This document shows, piece after piece, positions 25,801-34,798 of a stretch of DNA of 49,593 nucleotides (position 1 is its first letter; each line of letters begins with the position of its first letter). Source of the stretch: Patescibacteria group bacterium. Its GTDB lineage: Bacteria; Patescibacteriota; Microgenomatia; UBA8517; UBA10165. Location: positions 1-49,593 of the forward strand of contig JBBTXW010000006.1 of the NCBI GenBank assembly GCA_038062025.1, read 5' to 3'. A model generated the notes under the pieces. That model saw nothing but the letters and a program-made list of their open reading frames with translations. It made no database searches and was not told where the DNA came from. A program made the translations under genes and the position numbers.

Positions 25801-26607
25801 TTCTGCACCCATTTCCCCTTTGAAGAAGTCGGCGGCATTATAATTTACAAGCTCTATATATTCCTCTTCTGAGAGGAGATTTAGGAATTTAACACTTTTA
25901 ACAATATTTATAAGTTTTCCAAAAAGTTCTTCTGTGTTTTTGACATTATTTTCAATCTCTTCTTTGAGGGCAGTTGTTCTCTTTCTGCTTTCAAGCTCGA
26001 CTTCCTCTATTGCTAAAGCTTGGGCTTCTGCGTCTTTAACTTTTGAGCGAACAGATTCCTTCTTTAAGTTCTGCTCTTTGAGGATTTGTTCCTCACGCGT
26101 TTTTTCTTCCTCACGCAGCTCCTCTATTTGTGCTTTTGCTTGTTTTTCTAATGACTCTATTGCTGTACCTCGGCCTGCTTCTTCAACTTCTGTTACCAAA
26201 TAGCGAGCAAAGTAGATTACTTGTTCCAAAGCTTTGGGTGGAAGGTCTAAGACGAGTGAGAGTTTTGAGGGAGCGCCCTTGAAAAACCAAATATGGGCAA
26301 CAGGAACTACTAAATTTAGATGTCCCATTCTTTCACGCCTTACTCGAGAAAGGGTGACTTCAACTCCGCACTTGTCGCAGATTATCCCGCGATAGCGAAT
26401 TCTTTTGTACTTTCCGCAGTAACATTCCCAATCTTTTGTAGGGCCAAAGATTCTTTCGTCAAAAAGACCGTCCTTTTCGGGGCGCAGGGTACGGTAATTT
26501 ATAGTTTCAGGTTTGGTTACTTCCCCGTGGGACCATGAAAGTATATCCTCAGGCGAGGCTAGACGAATTTTTAGGCTTGAAAAGTCAGATAATCTTGAAA
26601 GATCCAT
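22891..26607 (-). CDS. rpoC: DNA-directed RNA polymerase beta' subunit
   Basis: Catalytic NADFDGDQM motif and an N-terminal zinc motif ([20 protein letters not shown]). The ATG overlaps the rpoB stop by 1 nt. Confidence 0.97.
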
Positions 26608-29600
26608 TAATTAGTAGCTCCTTGCACGGCGACAGCCATGGTTGGCATAGTTTCTGCTTCCACAGTTGAGGGTTTGTCAGCAACAATTGCACCCTCAGGC
26701 TGGATGACAAGACCAAGAGAGTTTAACTCACGAACCAAGACTTTGAAAGACTCGGGAATTGTAGCTTCTGGGATTTCGGTCCCTTTAACAATTGCTTCAA
26801 ATGCACGGGCACGGCCTACAACATCGTCAGATTTTATTGTAAGCATCTCCTGAAGCGTGTGGGCTGCGCGGTGGGCCTCCAGTGCCCAAACTTCCATTTC
26901 CCCTAAGCGTTGTCCTCCCATTTGAGCTTTTCCTCCAAGAGGCTGTTGGGTAACAAGCGAGTATGGTCCGGTTGAGCGAGCGTGAGTCTTGTCCTCGACC
27001 ATGTGGATTAGCTTCATAATGTATCCACGGCCTACAAAGGTTTGTTCTTTGAATGGTTCTCCTGTTCTTCCATCATAAAGCTGAACCTTTCCAGAAGGCG
27101 GAAGGCCTGCTTCCTTCATTATGTTTTCGATAGAATCCTGAGGCAATCGGTCAAATACAGGGAGAACAAATCTTTCACCAATTTTTTCTGCAGCCATCCC
27201 GAGTTGAGCTTCAAGAAGCTGTCCTAGGTTCATACGAGCAAGAACTGACAATGGAGAAATAACTATGTCAACTGGGGTTCCGTCCTCTAAATGAGGCATG
27301 TCTGCAACCGGGACTATTTTTGAGATAACGCCTTTATTGCCGTGGCGGCCTGCAATTTTGTCCCCGACTGAGAGTTTTCTCATTTGAGCAACAAGAACAA
27401 TAACTTCTTTTAGGGTTCCTGGGTCAAGCTCGTCTCCCTTTTCGCGATCTAAGATTTGGACATCAACAACGATCCCGTGTTCGCCATGGGGAACTCGAAG
27501 AGAAGTATCGCGAACTTCACGAGCCTTTTCGCCGAAGATTGCACGCAGCAATCTTTCTTCTGCTGTGAGCTCAGTTTCACCTTTTGGCGCAATTTTTCCA
27601 ACTAAAATGTCGTTTGGACCAACTTCTGCACCAATCACAACTATTCCGTCTTCTGCTAAGTTTGAAAGGTCTCCTTCTGCAACATTTGGGATATCGCGGG
27701 TGAGCTCTTCTGGGCCAAGTTTTGTGTCAACAACAGCGCATGTATATTCTTCAATATGGATTGAGGTTAAAAGGTCTTCTCGAACTACACGATCTGATAT
27801 GGCAATTGCGTCCTCAAAGCCTAAACCTTCAAACGAACAATAAGCAACCAAAAGGTTTTGACCCAAAGACAGGTTTCCCTGATCTGATCCCGGGCCATCG
27901 ATTATTATGTCCCCTGCTTTGACTTTGTCCCCAACATTAACAATTGGGCGCTGGTTGAAGCAAGTTGATTGAGAGGTTCGCATAAATTTCTCAAGAGTAT
28001 AAATTTCTTTTCCGCCCACTCTTTTTATGCGATCCCCGTCTACTGAACCGTGTGGGTTGCCATCTGGTTTGATTTCAACTCTTTCTGAGTCTACATATGT
28101 AACTGTCCCAGAGTTTATGGCGTAAACTACCCGTCCCATGGCGCTTGCTACGCTTGACTCCATTCCTGTCATCATGAGCGGTGAGCCTGGGCGAACCAAT
28201 GGTACTGCTTGGCATTGCATGTGGGTACCCATCAAAGCGCGGTTTGCTTCATCATGCTGTAAAAATGGAATTAATGAGGCAGAAGTTCCGACAACCTGAC
28301 GAGGCGAGTAGTCAACATAGTCGACCAAGTCAACTGGGCCTTCTGTGAACTCCCCCTGGAAGCGCATAGGTACCCATTCTTCAAGAATTGTCCCATTTTT
28401 GTCTGTTTTTACAGCTGCGTGGGTTATGTGGAAGTCTTCCTCATCATCTGCTGGGAAATAAACTATTTCATCTGTTACTTTTACATTCTTCCCATTTTTT
28501 TCAACTTTTCTATAAGGAGCTTCTAAAAATCCGTATTCATTTACTCTTGTATAAAGAGCAAGGTAGGTAACTAGTCCAATGTTTGGTCCTTCTGGAGATC
28601 TTACAGGATCAATTCTTCCGTATTGGGAGGCGTTTATATCGCGGATTGAGAAGGATGCCCGGTCACGAGTTATACCGCCTGGACCCATAACGGAAATACG
28701 GCGAAGGTTGTCAATTTCGCTCAGCGGATTGGTTTGGTCAAGAATGACAGAAAGTTGGTTTGATCGGAAAAACTCATTTAGAGCCGCAATTACGGGACGC
28801 GCGTTAACTAAGAAAGATGGGTTTACCATTTCATCTGTTGAGGTAAGAGACATTTTTTCTTTGATCGCGCGTTCAAGGCGAAGAAGGCCGGGGCGGAATG
28901 CTGAGGCCCCAACAAGCTCGCCTGCGCGCCTGATTCTTCGGTTTGCAAGATGATCTATATCGTCAACTTTGCCTTGATTATTTTGGAGGCCAATTAGATA
29001 ATGAAGCACTGCTACAAAGTCGCCTAAGGATAAAACAGAATCAGATCCTGTTATTCCCAGCCTCTTATTAAGCTTGTAGCGGCCGACTTTTTCAAGATTG
29101 TAGCGTCTTGCATCAAAAAAGAGGGTATGGAAAAGGTTTTGGGCATTCTCCAAAACCGCTGGTTCCCCGGGGCGCATTCTTCTATAAATTTCTAAAAGCG
29201 CGTCTTCTCTTGTTTTTGAAGAATCTTTTGCGAGGGTACTTTCAATAAATTTATGGTTTTCGTTTGTATCTACATCCTGGAACTTTTCGTGGATAGCTGC
29301 AGGATCATCAAGGCCTAACGCGCGAAGAAGCATCGTTGCCGGGAGTTTTCTTCTTCTGTCGATTCTAGCAATAATTACGTCTTGTTTTGAAACTTCAAAC
29401 TCAAGCCAAGAGCCGTTTGAGGGGCGAACTTCACCCCTGTAAAGCATTCGCCCTGAGCCTGGATCTTGTTCACCAAAAAAGTAAACTCCAGGGGAGCGGA
29501 CAATTTGGGAAACTACACAACGCTCAACGCCATTTACTATAAAAGTTGCCTGCGCGGTCATTTGGGGAATATCGCCCAAAAAAACTTCCTGGGAAGTTGA

Positions 29601-29900
29601 TTGGCCTGATTTTTTGTTTAAGAGTGATGCTTGTATATAAATGGGAGAGGAGTATGTTAAGCCTTTTTCGCGGGCACGTGATGGGGTAATTTGCGAATCG
29701 CCCAAGCGGTATTTTCCGAATGAGAGTTCCCAGTTTTTGCCTGTGAAGTCAGAGATGGGGTTTACTATTTTTAGTGCTTCTCCAATTCCAGATTGTAAAA
29801 ACTCGTCCCAAGACTCTTTTTGAATCTTTAATAAATCAAGCTCGTTTAAAGTATTTTCTTTGCTGGTCAAATATCGGTATTTGAGCTTGGAAGAATCCAT
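26607..29900 (-). CDS. rpoB: DNA-directed RNA polymerase beta subunit
   Basis: 1097 aa with conserved beta blocks ([29 protein letters not shown]). Confidence 0.97.
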   Translation of the reverse strand: MDSSKLKYRYLTSKENTLNELDLLKIQKESWDEFLQSGIGEALKIVNPISDFTGKNWELSFGKYRLGDSQITPSRAREKGLTYSSPIYIQASLLNKKSGQSTSQEVFLGDIPQMTAQATFIVNGVERCVVSQIVRSPGVYFFGEQDPGSGRMLYRGEVRPSNGSWLEFEVSKQDVIIARIDRRRKLPATMLLRALGLDDPAAIHEKFQDVDTNENHKFIESTLAKDSSKTREDALLEIYRRMRPGEPAVLENAQNLFHTLFFDARRYNLEKVGRYKLNKRLGITGSDSVLSLGDFVAVLHYLIGLQNNQGKVDDIDHLANRRIRRAGELVGASAFRPGLLRLERAIKEKMSLTSTDEMVNPSFLVNARPVIAALNEFFRSNQLSVILDQTNPLSEIDNLRRISVMGPGGITRDRASFSIRDINASQYGRIDPVRSPEGPNIGLVTYLALYTRVNEYGFLEAPYRKVEKNGKNVKVTDEIVYFPADDEEDFHITHAAVKTDKNGTILEEWVPMRFQGEFTEGPVDLVDYVDYSPRQVVGTSASLIPFLQHDEANRALMGTHMQCQAVPLVRPGSPLMMTGMESSVASAMGRVVYAINSGTVTYVDSERVEIKPDGNPHGSVDGDRIKRVGGKEIYTLEKFMRTSQSTCFNQRPIVNVGDKVKAGDIIIDGPGSDQGNLSLGQNLLVAYCSFEGLGFEDAIAISDRVVREDLLTSIHIEEYTCAVVDTKLGPEELTRDIPNVAEGDLSNLAEDGIVVIGAEVGPNDILVGKIAPKGETELTAEERLLRAIFGEKAREVRDTSLRVPHGEHGIVVDVQILDREKGDELDPGTLKEVIVLVAQMRKLSVGDKIAGRHGNKGVISKIVPVADMPHLEDGTPVDIVISPLSVLARMNLGQLLEAQLGMAAEKIGERFVLPVFDRLPQDSIENIMKEAGLPPSGKVQLYDGRTGEPFKEQTFVGRGYIMKLIHMVEDKTHARSTGPYSLVTQQPLGGKAQMGGQRLGEMEVWALEAHRAAHTLQEMLTIKSDDVVGRARAFEAIVKGTEIPEATIPESFKVLVRELNSLGLVIQPEGAIVADKPSTVEAETMPTMAVAVQGATN

Positions 29901-29920
29901 TTAATCTGGTGCAGGAAACC

Positions 29921-29944
29921 GCAAAACGCCCCGCTTGGCGGGGT
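29921..29944 (-). terminator. Hairpin + U-tract about 20 nt upstream of the rpoB start (attenuator/terminator-like)
   Basis: Minus strand: CCCCGC-CAA-GCGGGG, then CGUUUUGCGGUUUCC. Confidence 0.45.
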
Positions 29945-29980
29945 ACAAAAACCCTGCGTAAAGACTTACGCTTGAGAAGT

Positions 29981-30009
29981 AAGTTATCACACTGCTAAGG
30001 ACTTGTCAA
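29981..30009 (-). promoter_or_regulatory. Candidate rpoB promoter (TTGACA-17-TAACTT)
   Basis: -35 at 30009..30004 and a weak -10 at 29986..29981. The hairpin GCGUAAGUCUUUACGC plus a U-run starts about 10 nt after the -10. Confidence 0.35.
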
Positions 30010-30141
30010 GACCCTCTTGATGTGCTATGCTTATGTGTAACGCTGTATAACACATTGATATAAGTTGATGTGGAGTCGAAATGCAGAAAGGCTCTACTGC
30101 GGGGTACAAGTAGACTCGTCCTCGGATGGGCATCCAAAGTA

Positions 30142-30612
30142 CTACGATGAAGGAAGGTCGCCCTTCCGACTCCACAAGAGCTTATATCCTTGAAGGTAGT
30201 TTTCTTTTCTAATTCTAAAAGCAGTTGCTACAAAGTTAATATCCTCAACCTCCTCCACCAAATTAGCAGTCTGAGTTGTTTCTATTGAGCAAAAGTAGCT
30301 GTGGTTCTTGATTTTCTTTACGAAACAGTATTGTCCTCGCTTTTCCTTTTTGTTTTTATAGATGAAATCGGGAAACCTAACTATCTGCACCATGTTTCTC
30401 AGAACAAATTCATACTCTTCAGCGGGTTTTGAATCATATAAATGCTTCAACATTTTTGTAGTCACATGAACCTTAGAAGTCTTAAGGTTAATTGCTTTGG
30501 CTACAGTATTTGTCACACTGCACAACAGTGCCGTTTGTAAAATCACGGGTGCTTTTTCTTCAGTACCTTGTATACAATGTTTGTTTAATTTAATCAAAAC
30601 AGAATTCTTCAT
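30142..30612 (-). CDS. Hypothetical protein resembling phage PBECR-type (Barnase/EndoU/ColicinE5-D/RelE-like) nuclease-fold proteins
   Basis: The layout ...TKMLKHLYDSKP..EYEFVLRNMVQIVRFPDFIYKN...FVKKI...FVATAFRIRKENYL matches my recollection of that family. Start set at MKNSV (30612), which has TACAAT 6 nt upstream. Confidence 0.4.
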   Translation of the reverse strand: MKNSVLIKLNKHCIQGTEEKAPVILQTALLCSVTNTVAKAINLKTSKVHVTTKMLKHLYDSKPAEEYEFVLRNMVQIVRFPDFIYKNKKEKRGQYCFVKKIKNHSYFCSIETTQTANLVEEVEDINFVATAFRIRKENYLQGYKLLWSRKGDLPSS

Positions 30613-30642
30613 ATATTGATTGTAGCGTAGTACACTGCATGA

Positions 30643-31071
30643 GTGAGAAAGAAACAATCTAAGAAATGGATTATTCGCGATCTTGAAAAGAATGTTTATT
30701 GCAGAATCGGAATATCAAAAATAGATGGGGTGGGTGTAATTGCAATCCGGGACATACCAAAAGGTATAAATCCATTTGGTGGAGTTCCACAGAATAAATA
30801 CACAAAAGTCGATGCTGAAAAAGTGTTGAAAAACAAAAAAATCCACCCTGAAGTTATAAAAATGGTCAAAGACTTTTATTCGATAATTGACGGGAAGATA
30901 TATTTTCCAGACGTTTCACTAAATGCAATAAATATTTCTTTTTTTATGAATACCTCAAAGAATGCAAACGTGGGAACAGAAAACGGCGAGACGTTCCGGA
31001 CAAAGTGGAAAATAAAAAAAGGTGAGGAATTAACTGTGGATTACGACAAGTTTTCAGACAGATGGGATTAA
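30643..31071 (+). CDS. Small SET-domain protein (putative lysine methyltransferase)
   Basis: SKIDGVGVIAIRDIPKGINPF (N-SET strand), a degenerate NHS-like block (FMNTSKNANV), and the C-terminal KKGEELTVDYD. GTG start. Confidence 0.6.
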   Translation: MRKKQSKKWIIRDLEKNVYCRIGISKIDGVGVIAIRDIPKGINPFGGVPQNKYTKVDAEKVLKNKKIHPEVIKMVKDFYSIIDGKIYFPDVSLNAINISFFMNTSKNANVGTENGETFRTKWKIKKGEELTVDYDKFSDRWD

Positions 31072-32396
31072 TAAAGATATCCTGATGTTTGGAGTTTATC
31101 GGAGTCTTCGTGCCAACGCAGACCTATGTCGGTTCTGTAAAACATATTTGGAATCATAATATTTTCAACCCGAGAATAGGCTTGCTTTCTGGCCACTTCA
31201 ACAGTTGGGCCGGAACCAGTAATAATTAGTGCATACCCTGCTTTTCCAGCCAGTTTCCAGTCTCCGTCTTCAAGCTTTACTTCTCCTAGATGAATTCCCT
31301 TTCTATCTCCATTTTTAAACAAAACTACAGCGTCTTCGGAGTAGCGGGTAAATGCTTCTGTATCCCAAAAAGGAAATGGCGGGACTGCGATTACAACTCC
31401 AACTTGAAATCCACGTTTGACTTTTATATTGAATTTGTCACCCTTTGCTAAGCGATACATAAATTCCCCCCACTCAGAAGTTACACCCTCCATGGCAATG
31501 CTTATATGAGGGTAGCCAAATCGCGCAGTGAACTCGAGTGGGTAAATCCCTTTTCCGTTTGCGATACAGTTTATGTCAATATAGCCCACGTATCCTGATT
31601 TGGCCAGTTTTGTGCCCATTCTTTTTAAAGTTTCTTCAAAAACCCTGTTTGGAGCAGACCAATACATCAATGTTCCCATCTCACCAGTCGAGGGGCCGAT
31701 TTCACCATTAAACAACCTCTTGTGCTCAAAATTAATGTTTATTGGATAAATAAATTCTTTGCCGTTAAAAAATGCGCCAACCGCAATTTCAACACCAGAG
31801 GCATATTTTTGAATTTGGAAGCGTTTTATTTTTCTTGCCCAGTTTTTTTTATAGTGCTTTAAAACTTGAATAATATCCCGCCCGTCGTCCTCTTGCCCCA
31901 CAAACAAGAGTTCTTTGTCAGAAGATTGTGCCCTTCCTGACGGCTTGATGACATATCTGCCTGGGTTCTTCTTAACAAATTTTGCTGCTTCGTCAAAATC
32001 TCTAAAGTTATAATTTGGGAGAATGTTGACCCCAACTTCTGCAAGTTCTTTTTGTCCAAACTCGCGATCAAGTTCCAGTCTATCCGTATAAGAAGTTCCG
32101 CCAATAGCAAGTTTTCCCTTTTTTCTTAAAGTTTGAGGTAGATTTCCATTCCCTACATCATCAAAGACAATTACATCCGCCCAGTCAACATAGTCGCGCC
32201 AAGAGGCAACTTTTTGGACAAATCCGTCGCAAATGTTTTTCTCAAATTTTTCTTTTATATAATACTTAACACTATGCCCTTCTTCACTTATTTTCCAAGC
32301 CAAGTCTCCTATTAATCCTTCAAGCGAAACAAACAAAAAATTCAGGCGAGGTTTTTTCACAATTAAAGTTCTACAGGGTATTAAACTTACTGTCAA
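31068..32396 (-). CDS. ATP-grasp enzyme of the PurD (phosphoribosylamine-glycine ligase) family
   Basis: The N-terminus LEGLIGDLAWKI resembles PurD GGREHALAWKL. Also an ATP-grasp core (YVIKPSGRAQSSDKELLFV, GVEIAVGAFFNG, LEFTARFGYP). An alternative GTG start lies at 32360. Confidence 0.7.
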   Translation of the reverse strand: MTVSLIPCRTLIVKKPRLNFLFVSLEGLIGDLAWKISEEGHSVKYYIKEKFEKNICDGFVQKVASWRDYVDWADVIVFDDVGNGNLPQTLRKKGKLAIGGTSYTDRLELDREFGQKELAEVGVNILPNYNFRDFDEAAKFVKKNPGRYVIKPSGRAQSSDKELLFVGQEDDGRDIIQVLKHYKKNWARKIKRFQIQKYASGVEIAVGAFFNGKEFIYPININFEHKRLFNGEIGPSTGEMGTLMYWSAPNRVFEETLKRMGTKLAKSGYVGYIDINCIANGKGIYPLEFTARFGYPHISIAMEGVTSEWGEFMYRLAKGDKFNIKVKRGFQVGVVIAVPPFPFWDTEAFTRYSEDAVVLFKNGDRKGIHLGEVKLEDGDWKLAGKAGYALIITGSGPTVEVARKQAYSRVENIMIPNMFYRTDIGLRWHEDSDKLQTSGYLY

Positions 32397-32425
32397 ATTT
32401 CAAGCGTCATTTGTGCTTGAAATTT
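32395..32425 (-). terminator. 11-bp hairpin after relE (weak terminator candidate)
   Basis: aaatttcaagc-gtcatttgt-gcttgaaattt, with A/U-rich flanks. Confidence 0.35.
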
Positions 32426-32681
32426 AATTATACGCTATGCCTCTGTGTTTAACGGATAAGATTACAATCTTTTTATCTCTGGGATAAACTTTATAGATTA
32501 TCCTGTAGACACTAACATGCCAAGCATGCCTCCCTTTCATCTCGCGCTCTAAAGGTTTGCCTTCTTGGGGAACCTCTCTGATTTCTTGTATTGCGGCTTT
32601 AATTGGTTTGTGATATTTCTGAGGAATATTTCTAAAATTTGCTCTGCACTCGGGCGTGATTTCAAGTTTATATTCTACCAT
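32424..32681 (-). CDS. relE: RelE/ParE-family type II toxin
   Basis: 85 aa with GKPLEREMKGRHAWHVSVYRIIYKVYPRDKKIVILSVKHR. 7-nt overlap with the upstream antitoxin. Confidence 0.8.
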   Translation of the reverse strand: MVEYKLEITPECRANFRNIPQKYHKPIKAAIQEIREVPQEGKPLEREMKGRHAWHVSVYRIIYKVYPRDKKIVILSVKHRGIAYN

Positions 32682-32944
32682 CCCATTTCTTTTTTGAATT
32701 CTTCCCAGGGAATAGTTTTACCCTCAGCCTCTTCTTGTTCGGCTTGCCTAATAGATTTTACCAGTTCCCTGTCTGCCAATATTTCATTCGTCTCTTTCCA
32801 AGAATCATATTCAGCAGCAGAGACAATGACAGCTTTGGGCTTTCCGTTAACGGTAATCACATATTCATCCAAAAGCCTGTCGGCTTTATCGACAAGAGTT
32901 GTGAGCTGCTCTCTTGCATCAGTAATCGGGAGTGTTTTTACCAT
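32675..32944 (-). CDS. yefM: Phd/YefM-family antitoxin
   Basis: LPITDAREQLTTLVDKA...VITVNGKPKAVIVSAAEYDSWKETNEIL is Phd/YefM-like. Confidence 0.85.
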   Translation of the reverse strand: MVKTLPITDAREQLTTLVDKADRLLDEYVITVNGKPKAVIVSAAEYDSWKETNEILADRELVKSIRQAEQEEAEGKTIPWEEFKKEMGW

Positions 32945-32950
32945 ATTCTA

Positions 32951-32979
32951 ATTGTACGTAATTCTGTACATAATGTCAA
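32951..32979 (-). promoter_or_regulatory. Consensus promoter of yefM-relE (TTGACA-17-TACAAT) with the ATG 6 nt after the -10 (leaderless)
   Basis: -35 at 32979..32974, -10 at 32956..32951, ATG at 32944..32942. An inverted repeat TGTAC/GTACA (32953..32970) overlaps the -10 and the spacer. Confidence 0.6.
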
Positions 32980-33193
32980 ATTGCGGTGGGTGTGTTGGGA
33001 CGCGTGAAACCTCTATCTAGTGAAAGTGAAGCTGTTAAATATAGTCAACAAAACACCTTTTGTTAATTTCCCCTCATTTTCCTAGAAGTGCAGTCAAAAG
33101 TAAAAAAATTAATATGGAAGAGAAACCTCTTTGGGATTTTCTGGAGTACACTAAATTAATTTTATACAGACCAGTAGGTCTTTGCAACCTATC

Positions 33194-34201
33194 TTATCTT
33201 AAATATTTATCTATATTTGCGGCGTGTTCTTCTGCGGTTTTAGCATAGTGAATTTTTCCATCTTTGTCATGGATATAAAACCAGTAGTCTGAATTCTCAG
33301 GGTAAATAACTGCGCGAATTGAGGAAAGCGAAGGGTTGGCAATTGGAGCGGGCGGGAGAGTTTTGTTTGTATATGTGTTATATGGGGATCTTACTTGTCG
33401 ATCTTCAACTTCTGGAATTACCCACCAGTCGCAATCCAAAACTGGCTTTGTTAAATCTTTTGCGCAACGAGTATTTCCTGTTGCATATTGAAGCGTTGCG
33501 TCAGCTTGGAGCGGCCAGCCAGCGTCAAGGCGCTTTAGGAGAATTCCTGCCACAATTGGGCGTTCTTCATTTGTTTTAGTCTCTCTTTCCACTATGGATG
33601 CCAAAGTTATCAACTCATCGAATGAAAGATCAGACTTTTGTGCATCAGCGCGCATTTGAGTCACTTTGTTTTCGAAAGTGGTTATCAGTTTATTTGCAAC
33701 TGTTGTTCCTTTAACGTCCTTTGGAAAAAGATAAGTTTCTGGGAAAAGATAGCCTTCTTTGCCCTTTGCCACAGTCATGAATTCTGCCCAAAAGGTTTGG
33801 GCTATATCTGCCTTCATTCCTAAAGTTTTAATTGTCTTTGCTGCCATCTCTTCAAGGCGAAGTCCTTCAGGATACGTTACCCAAAGTTCTTTGGGGCCGG
33901 AGACAAGAGTCATCATAATTTTGTCTAAAGAGTAAGAAGGGGAAAGAGAGTATTCTCCGGGTTGAATTTTTCCAGCTTGACCTGCGGCTTGGGTATAGAT
34001 TCTGAAGGCAAACCCATTCTTTACCAAGCCCCGTTTTTCAAGGTTTTGGGCAACTCGAGTTAGAGACTGACCACGAGTTACTAGAAAGTCTTGACTTTTC
34101 GTGTTTTTGGGATCAAGAGGAGAAGAGACACTCGACCACCAGAGGAAAAGTGACACGGCACACGCAACAAGTAACACGAGGGAAAAGAGAAGTTTTTTCA
34201 T
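33194..34201 (-). CDS. mltG: Endolytic murein transglycosylase MltG (YceG-like)
   Basis: N-terminal TM segment, KEGYLFPETYLFP and ASIVERE motifs. Confidence 0.9.
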   Translation of the reverse strand: MKKLLFSLVLLVACAVSLFLWWSSVSSPLDPKNTKSQDFLVTRGQSLTRVAQNLEKRGLVKNGFAFRIYTQAAGQAGKIQPGEYSLSPSYSLDKIMMTLVSGPKELWVTYPEGLRLEEMAAKTIKTLGMKADIAQTFWAEFMTVAKGKEGYLFPETYLFPKDVKGTTVANKLITTFENKVTQMRADAQKSDLSFDELITLASIVERETKTNEERPIVAGILLKRLDAGWPLQADATLQYATGNTRCAKDLTKPVLDCDWWVIPEVEDRQVRSPYNTYTNKTLPPAPIANPSLSSIRAVIYPENSDYWFYIHDKDGKIHYAKTAEEHAANIDKYLR

Positions 34202-34425
34202 TACACTTCGTTAAGGAGTGCGCGGCGGAATTTTCCTGATTTTTCTTTAATGAATAGTCGGCCGCAAGTGCAGGTTACTTTTTCGGTGCCGTCTTTTCTT
34301 TTTTGTACTTTACCTTCTGAGAGTTCACGACCACAGCCTACACATCTACCTTGGGACATAAGCCAGAGTTGAACTGGAGCAATGACGTTCTTGAATACTT
34401 GTGGAACTCTAGGTTGCCGTGTCAT
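34201..34425 (-). CDS. Small zinc-ribbon protein (hypothetical)
   Basis: CVGCG...CTCG form a Cys4 pattern. Tightly packed between ruvX and mltG. Confidence 0.5.
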   Translation of the reverse strand: MTRQPRVPQVFKNVIAPVQLWLMSQGRCVGCGRELSEGKVQKRKDGTEKVTCTCGRLFIKEKSGKFRRALLNEV

Positions 34426-34798
34426 CTAAGAATGATTGTAGCATTATTGCCGCTGCAAATGCATCTTCCATTTCACGACGCTTTTTTTGTCCCTGGCCAC
34501 TCTTGATCGAGACTTGTTGTGCGTCGTGAGTTGTTAGGGTTTCGTCCCACAAAACGATATCAGCTTCGGTTTTTTCTTTTAACAGTTGGGCAAAGCGTCT
34601 CTGCTCTTCCCCCATCTCACCCTCCGAGATTCCGACCACAACCTGAACTACTTGTTCTACTTGAACTACTTGTTCTACTTTTTTAAGAGCATCTTCAAAA
34701 GAATTTACTCGTAACACAGAGAGTGGTTGGGCAAGAGGACCTTCTGCTACCGCAAGTCCTATCTTACTTCGGCCGTAATCGATGCCAAGAACTTTCAT
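34409..34798 (-). CDS. ruvX: Putative pre-16S rRNA nuclease / Holliday-junction-resolvase-like YqgF
   Basis: Start set at MKVLGIDYGRSKIGLAVAEG (ATG at 34798, ATGA overlap with the sortase stop). Contains the duplicated VEQVVQ. Confidence 0.85.
   Translation of the reverse strand: MKVLGIDYGRSKIGLAVAEGPLAQPLSVLRVNSFEDALKKVEQVVQVEQVVQVVVGISEGEMGEEQRRFAQLLKEKTEADIVLWDETLTTHDAQQVSIKSGQGQKKRREMEDAFAAAIMLQSFLDDTAT
34644..34679 (-). repeat. 18-nt in-frame tandem duplication in ruvX
   Basis: gaactacttgttctactt occurs as 2 perfect copies. Encodes VEQVVQVEQVVQ. Confidence 0.9.

Noticed and set aside
29987-30175. 62-aa minus-strand ORF upstream of rpoB
   Set aside because: It lies across the promoter- and hairpin-rich region and overlaps the end of the PBECR-like ORF. 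It has no RBS and no recognisable sequence features.
30070-30175. Possible tRNA, tmRNA or SRP RNA in the structured segment
   Set aside because: There is no T-loop (GTTCGAATC-like) and no D-arm. The 6-bp stem has a 4-nt loop instead of a 7-nt T-loop. The SRP GGAA/AGCAG motif is absent, and the length does not fit RNase P or tmRNA. Kept only as an unclassified structure.
33060-33248. 62-aa plus-strand ORF in the yefM-mltG spacer
   Set aside because: It overlaps the mltG 3' end antisense, has no RBS, and its translation is non-descript. The spacer more plausibly holds the yefM promoter and a weak mltG terminator hairpin (33168..33181).
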